DNA from: an uncultured Pseudomonadales bacterium
GTDB taxonomy: Bacteria; Patescibacteriota; Microgenomatia; UBA1400; PJMF01
Assembly (NCBI GenBank): GCA_964393205.1
Contig: CAYMSV010000003.1
Coordinates: forward strand, 34,608 to 98,607
Length of the DNA stretch: 64,000 nt
Direction of reading: 5' to 3'
Position 1 is the stretch's first letter. Each line of letters starts with the position of its first letter. The translations under genes and the position numbers were made by a program. Shown one piece after another: positions 27,194 to 35,553 of this stretch. The notes beneath the pieces are model-generated. The model was given only the letters and a program-made list of their open reading frames with translations, did not search any database and had not been told where the DNA came from.

Positions 27194-28075
27194 ATGATTG
27201 ATATACAGGTAGTTCGTGCAGTCAAAAAACAACTTGAAGAAGCCTCATCTGTTATAAAAGCAATGAAGGAAGTAAATGATTCTTATTCAAAGCAACTTAG
27301 AGCCATCTCCGAAACTATAATTAATTTCAACAAACAAGCAAAAAAAATAATATCAGAACTACCAAACCTTGATCTTTTTTTAGGGTTTGATCAGGCAGGG
27401 CTAACCCCTAATTTGGGAAAAAGTAAATCAATTCATAATGTTAAAAAGTTTATTTCAAACCTCGATAAAGGGTATGCTATTTTTTGGATTCCTAGAGCTG
27501 ATATCGTTGATGAAATTGTATTTGCTGATACCAGTAAACAGAAAAAGGAAATAATTATAGAAAACCAAAAGCTAATTCTCTCTGATTGTTTAAAAGTGGT
27601 AAAAACAATAAAAAATAATAAATTAAAAAATCATGCTGATCATTTAATGTCAGCTATTACTTGCATGGAACATGGAAATTTTAGAGCTGCTCAATCAACT
27701 GCAACAATTTGTCTTGACTCATTGATTGATGAATTAGTTGACCTAAGTGATCTAGATTCATTTAGGAAAATAAATAACAAATTAAATAAGACTGCAAATG
27801 TTTTGACAGATATTGATAAAATTCCAATTAACTATCTCTATGCTGCTCTGCAATCCAGATTAATAATCTATTTATTCCGACCATTTGACAGATTAAATCC
27901 GAATAAAATATCACATAAGTATGCAAGACACTCTAGCACTCATTCTGTTAGCAAAAGACAATATAAACCATTTAATGCCATGCAAGCTATTATGATTGCA
28001 ACATCACTACTAGCAACTACCAATAAATTAGGAAGTAACTGGTTATCAAAATTAGCATCGTATAATTCTGTATAA
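27194..28075 (+). CDS. Hypothetical protein with C-terminal HEPN-like RxxxxH motif
   Basis: All-helical; ARHSSTH near the C-terminus. Confidence 0.55.
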   Translation: MIDIQVVRAVKKQLEEASSVIKAMKEVNDSYSKQLRAISETIINFNKQAKKIISELPNLDLFLGFDQAGLTPNLGKSKSIHNVKKFISNLDKGYAIFWIPRADIVDEIVFADTSKQKKEIIIENQKLILSDCLKVVKTIKNNKLKNHADHLMSAITCMEHGNFRAAQSTATICLDSLIDELVDLSDLDSFRKINNKLNKTANVLTDIDKIPINYLYAALQSRLIIYLFRPFDRLNPNKISHKYARHSSTHSVSKRQYKPFNAMQAIMIATSLLATTNKLGSNWLSKLASYNSV

Positions 28076-28089
28076 ATTACTAAACTGAA

Positions 28090-29187
28090 ATGGAAAATAG
28101 ATATCTTAAACCTAAACAATACTATATTGACCTCTACGATTTATTCACCATAAAAGAATGCCTAGATTGGTATTGGAAACTAAAAGAAGGCATGGAAAAA
28201 CACCGTGATGAACTAAAAGAAAAAGAACCTAAAACAGATTTTGATCATGAAGTTCACAAATGTTGCAGCTATGCAGTTAATGTAATAAAAGGCGAAAGAT
28301 ATCGTAGAAAGGCAGAAACCATTCAAAAATGGATAGATAAAGATAAAAAAAACCAAGACATCTTTGATAAAGCCACTCCCCACTCAGATATTCTCTGCAA
28401 AAAATGTGGAGGTAAGACCAAAATAATCCATAAAACTTTACATAGTGAAGATGAAAACAATCCAAGAATTTCTTTCATGTTTGAGTGTAAGAAATGTAAC
28501 AAAAGACAAATTTTTTATAGTGATGGTTCTCCTTGGGATTTTGAAAGGGAAAAGTGTCCTGACTGTGGAATTGAACTTAAAACAGAGTACGAAGATGATG
28601 AAAAAAATGAAATATTAATTACAACTGATTACTGTCTCAAATGTGATTATAAGAAAGTTGATGTAACTAATTTCAAAAAGAATCGGGAAGAACGAGAAGA
28701 AGAAAAACAAAAAGATGAGGCTTTACTAAAAGAATATCGTGATGAGTTTTGCTGGAATGACAAAGATGGCCAACAATATATAAGCACAATGGAAACTCTA
28801 AAAAACTTATACGAAGAAGCTGAACAACAAAAGAAAAAAGAAAAAGATCCAAATTACCAAAAAACTAAAAAACTAAAGAAACTTAAAATCAATCAACTAA
28901 AAGAACTACTTTCAGAAAAGTTAAATAAGCAAAAATATATTGATCTTCAATTTGGGAAACCAGAAATTGGAAAGTATGTTGTAGTAGATTTTACTGTTAA
29001 TGACACAAACAATGATCGATCTGAATATGATAGTAATAAACAATTAAAAAAACTAATACAGAATACATTAATCAAAACAAATTGGAGATTAATGAGTGAC
29101 GGGATTAGTTATCGCATAGGAATCTTAAGTGGAAGACTTAAGGCTTATGAAAGAGATGATGATTTAATGAAAATTATTAAAAATTAA
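28090..29187 (+). CDS. Zn-ribbon and coiled-coil hypothetical protein
   Basis: CKKC, CKKC, CPDC and CLKC pairs. Confidence 0.7.
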   Translation: MENRYLKPKQYYIDLYDLFTIKECLDWYWKLKEGMEKHRDELKEKEPKTDFDHEVHKCCSYAVNVIKGERYRRKAETIQKWIDKDKKNQDIFDKATPHSDILCKKCGGKTKIIHKTLHSEDENNPRISFMFECKKCNKRQIFYSDGSPWDFEREKCPDCGIELKTEYEDDEKNEILITTDYCLKCDYKKVDVTNFKKNREEREEEKQKDEALLKEYRDEFCWNDKDGQQYISTMETLKNLYEEAEQQKKKEKDPNYQKTKKLKKLKINQLKELLSEKLNKQKYIDLQFGKPEIGKYVVVDFTVNDTNNDRSEYDSNKQLKKLIQNTLIKTNWRLMSDGISYRIGILSGRLKAYERDDDLMKIIKN

Positions 29188-29207
29188 TTATTAATATAGA
29201 CAAAAAT

Positions 29208-30587
29208 ATGATAAAAAATAGTTCAAATTTAAAAAAATTATTGCAAAAATTCAAAGAATCTGGTTTTGAATTAATACAATCTAAAGATAAATCATATTTC
29301 TACATAAAAAATGAAAAAGAAGAAGCAAAAATACTAGAAATTAAAGATAGTGAATATATATTACATCTTTTGAAGATAGAGGAAAACAATTCTATTATTT
29401 ATCAAAAGGGTTTTAAATATTTAATTTCTGAAAAGGATTTTGATTTATTATCGATTTTGTACTTCAAAGAAAAAAAATATCAACTATCAGCTGGATGGCA
29501 ATTCAGAAGAATAAATAATCTTGGAGAGGATATTGAAAAATTAATTATTAAACAAAAATATAAACAAAAAAGAATTAACAAAAAAGGTAAAAGTCTAACA
29601 ATTTCTCCAAATATATACTCACTTATCCTTAAAGATATATGGCGTGCTGAAGATAAATCAAGAAAATATAAATCATCAGTACGAAATTATCTTTTAAATG
29701 ACCTAACTGGAGAATACTCTTCAAAAAAAATTAAAGATACTACTTCATTAAACAAAGGTGAATATGAATTCATAACACATAGATTTAATTTAAAAACAAA
29801 AAATAAACGTAAAGACTATCTTAAATACTTAAACAAAAATGACATCAATTCTCTACAATATTTATTTCTAAAAATGGTTAAAAATAAAGTTTTTGATGAC
29901 AAATATTTAAAGAAACTAAATAACTTTTTCAAAAAAGAAAATCTTAGAGAAATCATAAGTCTAGGAAATGAGATATTAAGTTTAGGTGTTACAGATTTAA
30001 GTACAAAAAAAGCAAAAGCCACAGTAAAAAAAATTACTGAAAAAAAAGTTGCAAAGCTTGAAGGTCTTTGGCAAGAATATTTTGAACAATATTTGTTATT
30101 ATTAATATTTTCTTACAAATCAATTCATCCAAAAATCAAACTAAATAATATTGATTCAGATAAAAACTATCCAGATTTCATTGGAATAAATCATTATAAT
30201 GGCTTAGATGTTATAGAGATAAAAACTCATTTAAAAAAAGCACTAACTTATGATTCGAGTCACGATAATTTTAGTTTTTCCTCTGAATTGAGCAAAGCTA
30301 TTATACAAACAACAAATTACATGGATCAAATAGTTGCAGAAAATTTCAAGAAAAGTTCTGATAAAACAAAAATAACTTCATCAATTCATGAAGAAAATTT
30401 ACATAGACCTAGAGGAATAATCATTATCTCATCTTATGAACATCTAACAACTGACATGTCATCAAGAAATAAGGATAAACTAACTAGAGATTTCACCAAA
30501 CTTAGAAATAGTCTACATAATATACAAATTCTAACCTTTGATGAAATACTTAATACAGCAAGTGACTATCTAGATAATGTTGTATAA
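29208..30587 (+). CDS. Shedu (SduA/DUF4263) anti-phage nuclease
   Basis: C-terminal WQEYFE...PDF...IEIKT...ELSKAIIQ...ILTFDEIL matches the DUF4263 PD-(D/E)xK pattern. Confidence 0.85.
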   Translation: MIKNSSNLKKLLQKFKESGFELIQSKDKSYFYIKNEKEEAKILEIKDSEYILHLLKIEENNSIIYQKGFKYLISEKDFDLLSILYFKEKKYQLSAGWQFRRINNLGEDIEKLIIKQKYKQKRINKKGKSLTISPNIYSLILKDIWRAEDKSRKYKSSVRNYLLNDLTGEYSSKKIKDTTSLNKGEYEFITHRFNLKTKNKRKDYLKYLNKNDINSLQYLFLKMVKNKVFDDKYLKKLNNFFKKENLREIISLGNEILSLGVTDLSTKKAKATVKKITEKKVAKLEGLWQEYFEQYLLLLIFSYKSIHPKIKLNNIDSDKNYPDFIGINHYNGLDVIEIKTHLKKALTYDSSHDNFSFSSELSKAIIQTTNYMDQIVAENFKKSSDKTKITSSIHEENLHRPRGIIIISSYEHLTTDMSSRNKDKLTRDFTKLRNSLHNIQILTFDEILNTASDYLDNVV

Positions 30588-30611
30588 ATAAACTATATAA
30601 AATATATATTT

Positions 30612-30794
30612 ATGATAAAACCAATAAAAGTTGATGCACTGAATATGACAAATCATGCATATTTTGAATGCAAAAATTGCAATCTAAAAAGTGAGATGTT
30701 CTTAAAAAATAAAATTAGTGTTGATGAGAAAAATGATACTCAATATTTAAATACAATGCCATGTCCTAATTGCAATAAAAAGCTTGGCAAATAG
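30612..30794 (+). CDS. Small Zn-finger protein
   Basis: CKNC...CPNC. Confidence 0.5.
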   Translation: MIKPIKVDALNMTNHAYFECKNCNLKSEMFLKNKISVDEKNDTQYLNTMPCPNCNKKLGK

Positions 30795-30811
30795 TCTATA
30801 TTGTTCATGGC

Positions 30812-31681
30812 TTAATTTAAATCTTCTGGTAAGAGGCTATCAATATGCCACTCATCATTAAATAAAGCAGAATTATTTTCATTAATTCTTGAAATATCTC
30901 TATCTCCATAACTATCTTTAGTTTTTTCAAAACGACTAATTCCAAAATTAATTGCTAAAACTTCGGCAGATTTTGCTGTATTTGATAACCCAAGTTTTAT
31001 TAACTCCTCAGAACTAATCCACAAATAATATTCATGAAATTGATTTTTTTCACCAAATTGATTTGTAACCCAGAAACCACCTTGCTTACTCTTAAAACGC
31101 AAGCTAACTCGCCATGCCTTTTGAGAACTAGAGTAAGGACATGAATGTTCTGCCACTATCATGAGTCCTGGAATTAATATTTTTGAATACTTTTCTTCCC
31201 ACCAATCAGGATTTTCTATTAAACAAAATTGTTCATTTACCATTTCAAATGTAAATCTCTCTCCATCGCTAGGATTGCTACTATCAATTGTTTCTTTGAT
31301 TTTTTCTATGGCTAACTTTTCAATTTCTTCCTTTTTTAAATGATGGGAATTTAGTATGGAGATAAAAAAGATAAAACCAATAAAATCATCTTCACTTTTT
31401 TTAACAATAAATCTTGCCATTCTTTCAAAACTAGCACTTAGAGTGACAACTCCTTTCAAATCCCAATAAATTTTATAACCATGATGATTAATAGGAGTAT
31501 CATATTCCCCTAATTTTTTATTTTCCAAAAAATTCAATATTACTTTTAATTCATACCTTCGATCACCTCTGTCATTAACTCTTACAGAATTTAAAGTCCC
31601 ATTTCTATCCCAACGTCTTAAAGTTTCAGGGTGAATATTTAACATTTCTGCTGCTTCACTTATGGTAAGTAAGTTTTTCAT
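30812..31681 (-). CDS. MerR/excisionase-type HTH fused to an unknown domain
   Basis: LLTISEAAEMLNIHPETLRRWD...GDRRY. Confidence 0.8.
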   Translation of the reverse strand: MKNLLTISEAAEMLNIHPETLRRWDRNGTLNSVRVNDRGDRRYELKVILNFLENKKLGEYDTPINHHGYKIYWDLKGVVTLSASFERMARFIVKKSEDDFIGFIFFISILNSHHLKKEEIEKLAIEKIKETIDSSNPSDGERFTFEMVNEQFCLIENPDWWEEKYSKILIPGLMIVAEHSCPYSSSQKAWRVSLRFKSKQGGFWVTNQFGEKNQFHEYYLWISSEELIKLGLSNTAKSAEVLAINFGISRFEKTKDSYGDRDISRINENNSALFNDEWHIDSLLPEDLN

Positions 31682-31790
31682 AACTTATACTAAGTTATAC
31701 TTAATTAAACAAAATGTCAAGAGATAAAAAAGCACAACATTTTTTTAAACTGTCTCATTTGTCTTGTTTCTGTTATAAACATAATTAGAG

Positions 31791-31896
31791 GTCTCTATAG
31801 TTCAATGGATAGAATAGAGTCTTGCTTAAGATCATAAGCTTATCAGTTTGTGTTTTTAACAAGACTAAGATGGTGGTTCAATTCCACCTAGAGATA
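31791..31896 (+). tRNA. tRNA-like gene with a 34-nt hairpin insertion in the anticodon loop
   Basis: GTCTCTA/TAGAGAT acceptor, GTTC-AATGGATA-GAAT D-arm, GAGTC/GACTA anticodon stem, GGTGG-TTCAATT-CCACC T-arm; anticodon loop is 41 nt instead of 7. Confidence 0.8.
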
Positions 31897-31918
31897 CAAA
31901 TGTTATAACGATATATGA

Positions 31919-31942
31919 GTTCCAGACCCATATGCTCCGCCA
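31919..31942 (+). repeat. Boundary repeat copy 2 (att-like)
   Basis: GTTCCAGACCCATATGCTCCGCCA. Confidence 0.85.
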
Positions 31943-32011
31943 TTTTAATGTGTTTTAACAAGCCATGCAGTCATTTGTTCACTTTCCATCAATGCGTGGT
32001 ATCATTTCTTA

Positions 32012-32419
32012 ATGAGCGATAAACAATTATCTTTAATAGCTCCTTGTGGCATGAATTGTTCTTTGTGCTTAGCGTATCAAAGAGAGAAAAATCACTGCAA
32101 TGGCTGTAGAAATGAACAAAACATCAAAACCAAAACTAAGAGATTTGACAATTGCATTATTAAAAATTGTAAACTATTAAAAAACACAAAATCTGGATTT
32201 TGTTATGACTGTGATAAATTCCCATGCACCAGATTAAAACAGTTAGGTAAAAGATATAAAAATAAATATAATATGAGTATGTTAGATAATTTAGACTATA
32301 TAAAAGAAAAAGGAATTAAAGAATTTGTTGAGAAAGAAAATCTTAAATGGCAATGCTCTAAATGCAATGGATTAATGTGTGTACACAGAGAACATTGTTT
32401 AAATTGTAAGAAAAAATAA
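32012..32419 (+). CDS. DUF3795 family Cys-rich protein
   Basis: IAPCGMNCSLC...CNGC...CIIKNC...FCYDCDKFPC. Confidence 0.85.
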   Translation: MSDKQLSLIAPCGMNCSLCLAYQREKNHCNGCRNEQNIKTKTKRFDNCIIKNCKLLKNTKSGFCYDCDKFPCTRLKQLGKRYKNKYNMSMLDNLDYIKEKGIKEFVEKENLKWQCSKCNGLMCVHREHCLNCKKK

Positions 32420-32421
32420 GT

Positions 32422-32748
32422 ATGACCGTAGACGAATATTATAATAAACAGAAATCTCCTCAAAAAGAAATATGCTTGAAGTTGAGAGAAATAATTAAAA
32501 AGAAATATCCACAATATAAAGAAAGTATGTTGTGGGGAGTTCCGGTTTTTAATAACGGCTTGTTCTATATTGTATCTCTAAAAAATCATGTTAATTTAGG
32601 TTTTACTATTTCTAAGCTTACTAAAGAAGAAGAAAAATTATTTCAAGGAGGGGGTAAAACTACCAGAAAGATTGAAATAGAGAGTTTAGATCAAATAAAT
32701 AAAGCAAAAATATTAGAATTAATAGATTTTGTTATTAAAAAAACTTAA
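32422..32748 (+). CDS. DUF1801 (YdhG-like) protein
   Basis: VDEYY...LREII...WGVPVF...KNHVNLGF. Confidence 0.85.
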   Translation: MTVDEYYNKQKSPQKEICLKLREIIKKKYPQYKESMLWGVPVFNNGLFYIVSLKNHVNLGFTISKLTKEEEKLFQGGGKTTRKIEIESLDQINKAKILELIDFVIKKT

Positions 32749-32760
32749 AAGGGAACTGTG

Positions 32761-32784
32761 GTTCCAGGCCCAGATGCTCCGCCA
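32761..32784 (+). repeat. Boundary repeat copy 3 (att-like)
   Basis: GTTCCAGGCCCAGATGCTCCGCCA. Confidence 0.85.
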
Positions 32785-32811
32785 TTAAAATATTACTTAA
32801 CAAAAACACAT

Positions 32812-32960
32812 TTGACAAAAAAATTCTTCCCTGCTAGGATTTCAATGATGAAATTTAATTATAAGCGAATCGGTTTAAATTGGTGGACTACCTCTTTTTG
32901 GCGGTAGTTCTTGTTGTATTTAAGAAGTGAAAACACCGCCACATGGGCGGTTTTTTTATG
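32812..32960 (+). promoter_or_regulatory. trpL: trp attenuator: promoter, leader peptide MKFNYKRIGLNWWTTSFWR (32848-32907) and terminator
   Basis: TTGACA-N17-TAGGAT; tandem TGG TGG plus a third Trp; ACCGCC-ACATG-GGCGGT-T7 terminator; TGGCGGT at 32899 can pair with ACCGCCA as antiterminator. Confidence 0.88.
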
Positions 32961-33007
32961 CAAAAACCGAAAATGTAAATATATTAATAAACTTTAAAGA
33001 AAGAAAC

Positions 33008-34228
33008 ATGAAAAAAAATAAAATTAGAAAAAAATATTATCAGGCATTACCAAACAAAACAGGTTTTTTTGGTGAGTATGGTGGTCAATTTGTTCCTCCA
33101 CAATTAAAAGTAGCCCTAGAAGAAGTTGCTGCAGCTTATGAAGTGGCAAAGAAAGATCCTGTATTTCAAAAAGAATATAAGACTCTTTTAACAGACTACG
33201 TAGGCAGGCTATCCCCCCTTTTTTATGCTAAAAATTTAACAGAAAAATTGGGTGGCGCAAAAATTTATTTAAAAAGAGAGGACCTCAATCACACGGGTGC
33301 GCATAAAATTAATCACACCTTGGGTGAGGCGCTGTTGGCTAAAAAAATGGCTAAGAAAAAACTACTAGCAGAAACGGGGGCTGGTCAACATGGTGTAGCT
33401 CTTGCTACCGCCGCAGCATTGGTGGGACTTGAATGCGAAATTCATATGGGTGAAATTGATGTTTTAAAACAACATCCTAATGTTTTACGCATGCAACTGC
33501 TTGGTGCCAAGGTGATCACTGTTAAAAGCGGTGGGAGGTGTTTAAAAGACGCTGTTGATAGTGCTTTTGCCGCCTACCTCAAAGATTATAAAAATACTTT
33601 TTTTGGCATTGGCTCAGTTGTTGGTCCACATCCTTATCCAATGATGGTGAGAGACTTTCAATCAATTGTAGGAAAAGAAGTTCGCCAGCAAATCATAAGT
33701 AGCGAAAATAGACTACCAGATTATTTAGTAGCGTGTGTAGGTGGTGGTTCTAATGCCATGGGTTTATTTCACGCTTTTCTCAATGATAATCAAGTCAAAA
33801 TGCTGGGTGTTGAACCAGCAGGAAGGAGTTTTAAACCAGGTGATCATGCTGCTACGCTAACGCTCGGTAGACCAGGGACTTTGCATGGAATGTTTACTTA
33901 TCTGCTGCAGGATGACAAAGGTGAACCCTTAGCTGTGCATTCTATTGCTTCTGGTTTAGATTATCCTGGAGTTGGTCCACAACACTCTTATCTTAAAGAT
34001 CAAGAAAGAGTGAATTATGTCACAATTAATGATCAAGAAGCTCTGGCCGCTTTTGAACTCTTAAGTAAGGTTGAGGGTATTATTCCTGCTTTAGAAAGTG
34101 CTCATGCTATTGCTCATGTGTTGAAGTTGGCTCCAACTCTAAGTAGAGACAAAGTTATTGTTGTTAATCTTTCTGGCCGTGGCGATAAGGATGTTGATTA
34201 TGTTGGGGAATTACTTGGATTGAGCTAA
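33008..34228 (+). CDS. trpB: Tryptophan synthase beta chain
   Basis: [39 protein letters not shown] and NLSGRGDKD motifs. Confidence 0.97.
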   Translation: MKKNKIRKKYYQALPNKTGFFGEYGGQFVPPQLKVALEEVAAAYEVAKKDPVFQKEYKTLLTDYVGRLSPLFYAKNLTEKLGGAKIYLKREDLNHTGAHKINHTLGEALLAKKMAKKKLLAETGAGQHGVALATAAALVGLECEIHMGEIDVLKQHPNVLRMQLLGAKVITVKSGGRCLKDAVDSAFAAYLKDYKNTFFGIGSVVGPHPYPMMVRDFQSIVGKEVRQQIISSENRLPDYLVACVGGGSNAMGLFHAFLNDNQVKMLGVEPAGRSFKPGDHAATLTLGRPGTLHGMFTYLLQDDKGEPLAVHSIASGLDYPGVGPQHSYLKDQERVNYVTINDQEALAAFELLSKVEGIIPALESAHAIAHVLKLAPTLSRDKVIVVNLSGRGDKDVDYVGELLGLS

Positions 34229-34283
34229 AATTAGTTTGGGCTGCCACGATGTTTTCGTTGCGGCCCAACTTAACACAATAGCT

Positions 34284-34487
34284 TTAATCAAACCTTTGTT
34301 GACGAAGATCGTTTTCACAAAGTCTAAGCGCTGTATTTAGATCTCTAATGCCAACAATGTTAAAGCCCGCCTTGTTTAGTTGATTGCTTATTTTAGCTAA
34401 TTCTTTATCTCCATTAGCAGTAGCGTATTCATGCTGACCGTTTTTATTTATATAAACTACACATTGATTTGATTGCTCTTTTGTCAT
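34284..34487 (-). CDS. Small hypothetical protein
   Basis: ORF track only. Confidence 0.5.
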   Translation of the reverse strand: MTKEQSNQCVVYINKNGQHEYATANGDKELAKISNQLNKAGFNIVGIRDLNTALRLCENDLRQQRFD

Positions 34488-34598
34488 AGTAAGCCGTATT
34501 TTAATACTATTTTCTTATTTTTGTGAAGATTAGCTCATATATTGATATTTTTTTTGCCATGTAAAGAATAATTAATAGCAATTATAATTAATTACAAG

Positions 34599-35498
34599 AT
34601 GAAATTTGGTATTAGTCTCAGTCATCACCAACTAAAAGAACTCAAAATTGATTTAGATTATGCTCTCAATGAAAGCATTAAGCATCAGTTTGCCTATGTC
34701 AGGCTCAGCCTTTATTGGAATGAAATTGAGAAAAATAAAAATATTTATGATTTCTCTATTATAAAGAAAATTTTAGACTTTTACCAAAAAAACCAACAAG
34801 AAATTATTTTAACTGTTGGAGTCAAAGCCCAAAGATGGCCAGAGTATTATTGGCCCGAATACACTGAAAACAAAAATCTTAGTAATCAAAAAACAAAAGA
34901 ATCCCTACTAAAATTTATAGAAACCAGTATTCAAGAATTAAAAGCTTATTCTTGTATTGAGTATTGGCAGTTAGAAAACGAACCCCTAGATCCGAGTGGC
35001 CCACATCAAGACGTTATTCCTTTAAATGTTCTGCAAAAAGAAGCAGCGCTAATCAAAAGACTTGATCAGCGACCGATTATTATTAGTGTCTGGGGAAATG
35101 AAATAATTAAAAGAAATTTGCTAGATCAATTGAGTTCTATCACCGATCATATTGGTTTAGATCTTTATTACAAACTGTTTATTAGAAAAATTTTAAAAAA
35201 ATCAATTTATCTTGGACCACTGCAAAGTAGCAAAGAACTGAAAAAATATCTTGCTAAATTTCCTAAAATCAATTTTTGGATTACTGAACTGCAGGCTGAA
35301 CCATGGGAAAAAGATGCAAAGGCCTATCTCAGTCTTAATCCGAGAAGCATTAGTCCTCAGCAATTATTAAATAATTTTAAAAAAGCCTCGTTATTAGATG
35401 TAGATAAAATTTTGTTTTGGGGGTTTGAGTATTGGCTGTGGAAGAAAATTAAGGGGGATAATAGTTATTTTAAGCTTCTTAAAGAAATAAAAAATTAG
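34599..35498 (+). CDS. Clan GH-A glycoside hydrolase-like protein
   Basis: VRLSLYWNEIE, WQLENEP (acid/base) and ITELQAEPW (nucleophile). Confidence 0.75.
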   Translation: MKFGISLSHHQLKELKIDLDYALNESIKHQFAYVRLSLYWNEIEKNKNIYDFSIIKKILDFYQKNQQEIILTVGVKAQRWPEYYWPEYTENKNLSNQKTKESLLKFIETSIQELKAYSCIEYWQLENEPLDPSGPHQDVIPLNVLQKEAALIKRLDQRPIIISVWGNEIIKRNLLDQLSSITDHIGLDLYYKLFIRKILKKSIYLGPLQSSKELKKYLAKFPKINFWITELQAEPWEKDAKAYLSLNPRSISPQQLLNNFKKASLLDVDKILFWGFEYWLWKKIKGDNSYFKLLKEIKN

Positions 35499-35553
35499 TT
35501 GTTTATTTGATCAAGATTGCTTTTTTATTCATCTCAAGCTATAATATCCCATA

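Larger units (their letters stand above)
20483..31942. mobile_element. Integrated ~11.4 kb element (serine recombinase, terminase pair, methylase, defence cargo); satellite-like or degenerate prophage
   Basis: Flanked by direct repeats GTTCCAGACCCACCTGCTCCGC (20483) and GTTCCAGACCCATATGCTCCGC (31919); phage-type genes; visibly different codon style. Confidence 0.8.

Noticed and set aside
31680-31698. ATAACTTA-TAC-TAAGTTAT looks like loxP arms
   Set aside because: It is too short with the wrong spacer; it overlaps the start of the HTH gene and is more likely an autoregulatory operator
20483-32784. The three 24-nt repeats as a CRISPR array or integron attC sites
   Set aside because: Spacing is 11.4 kb and 0.8 kb, there are no cas genes, no RYYYAAC/GTTRRRY attC ends and no tyrosine integrase in the window
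32927-33007. ORF-track N-terminal extension of TrpB
   Set aside because: It lies in the attenuator terminator; ATG at 33008 fits better
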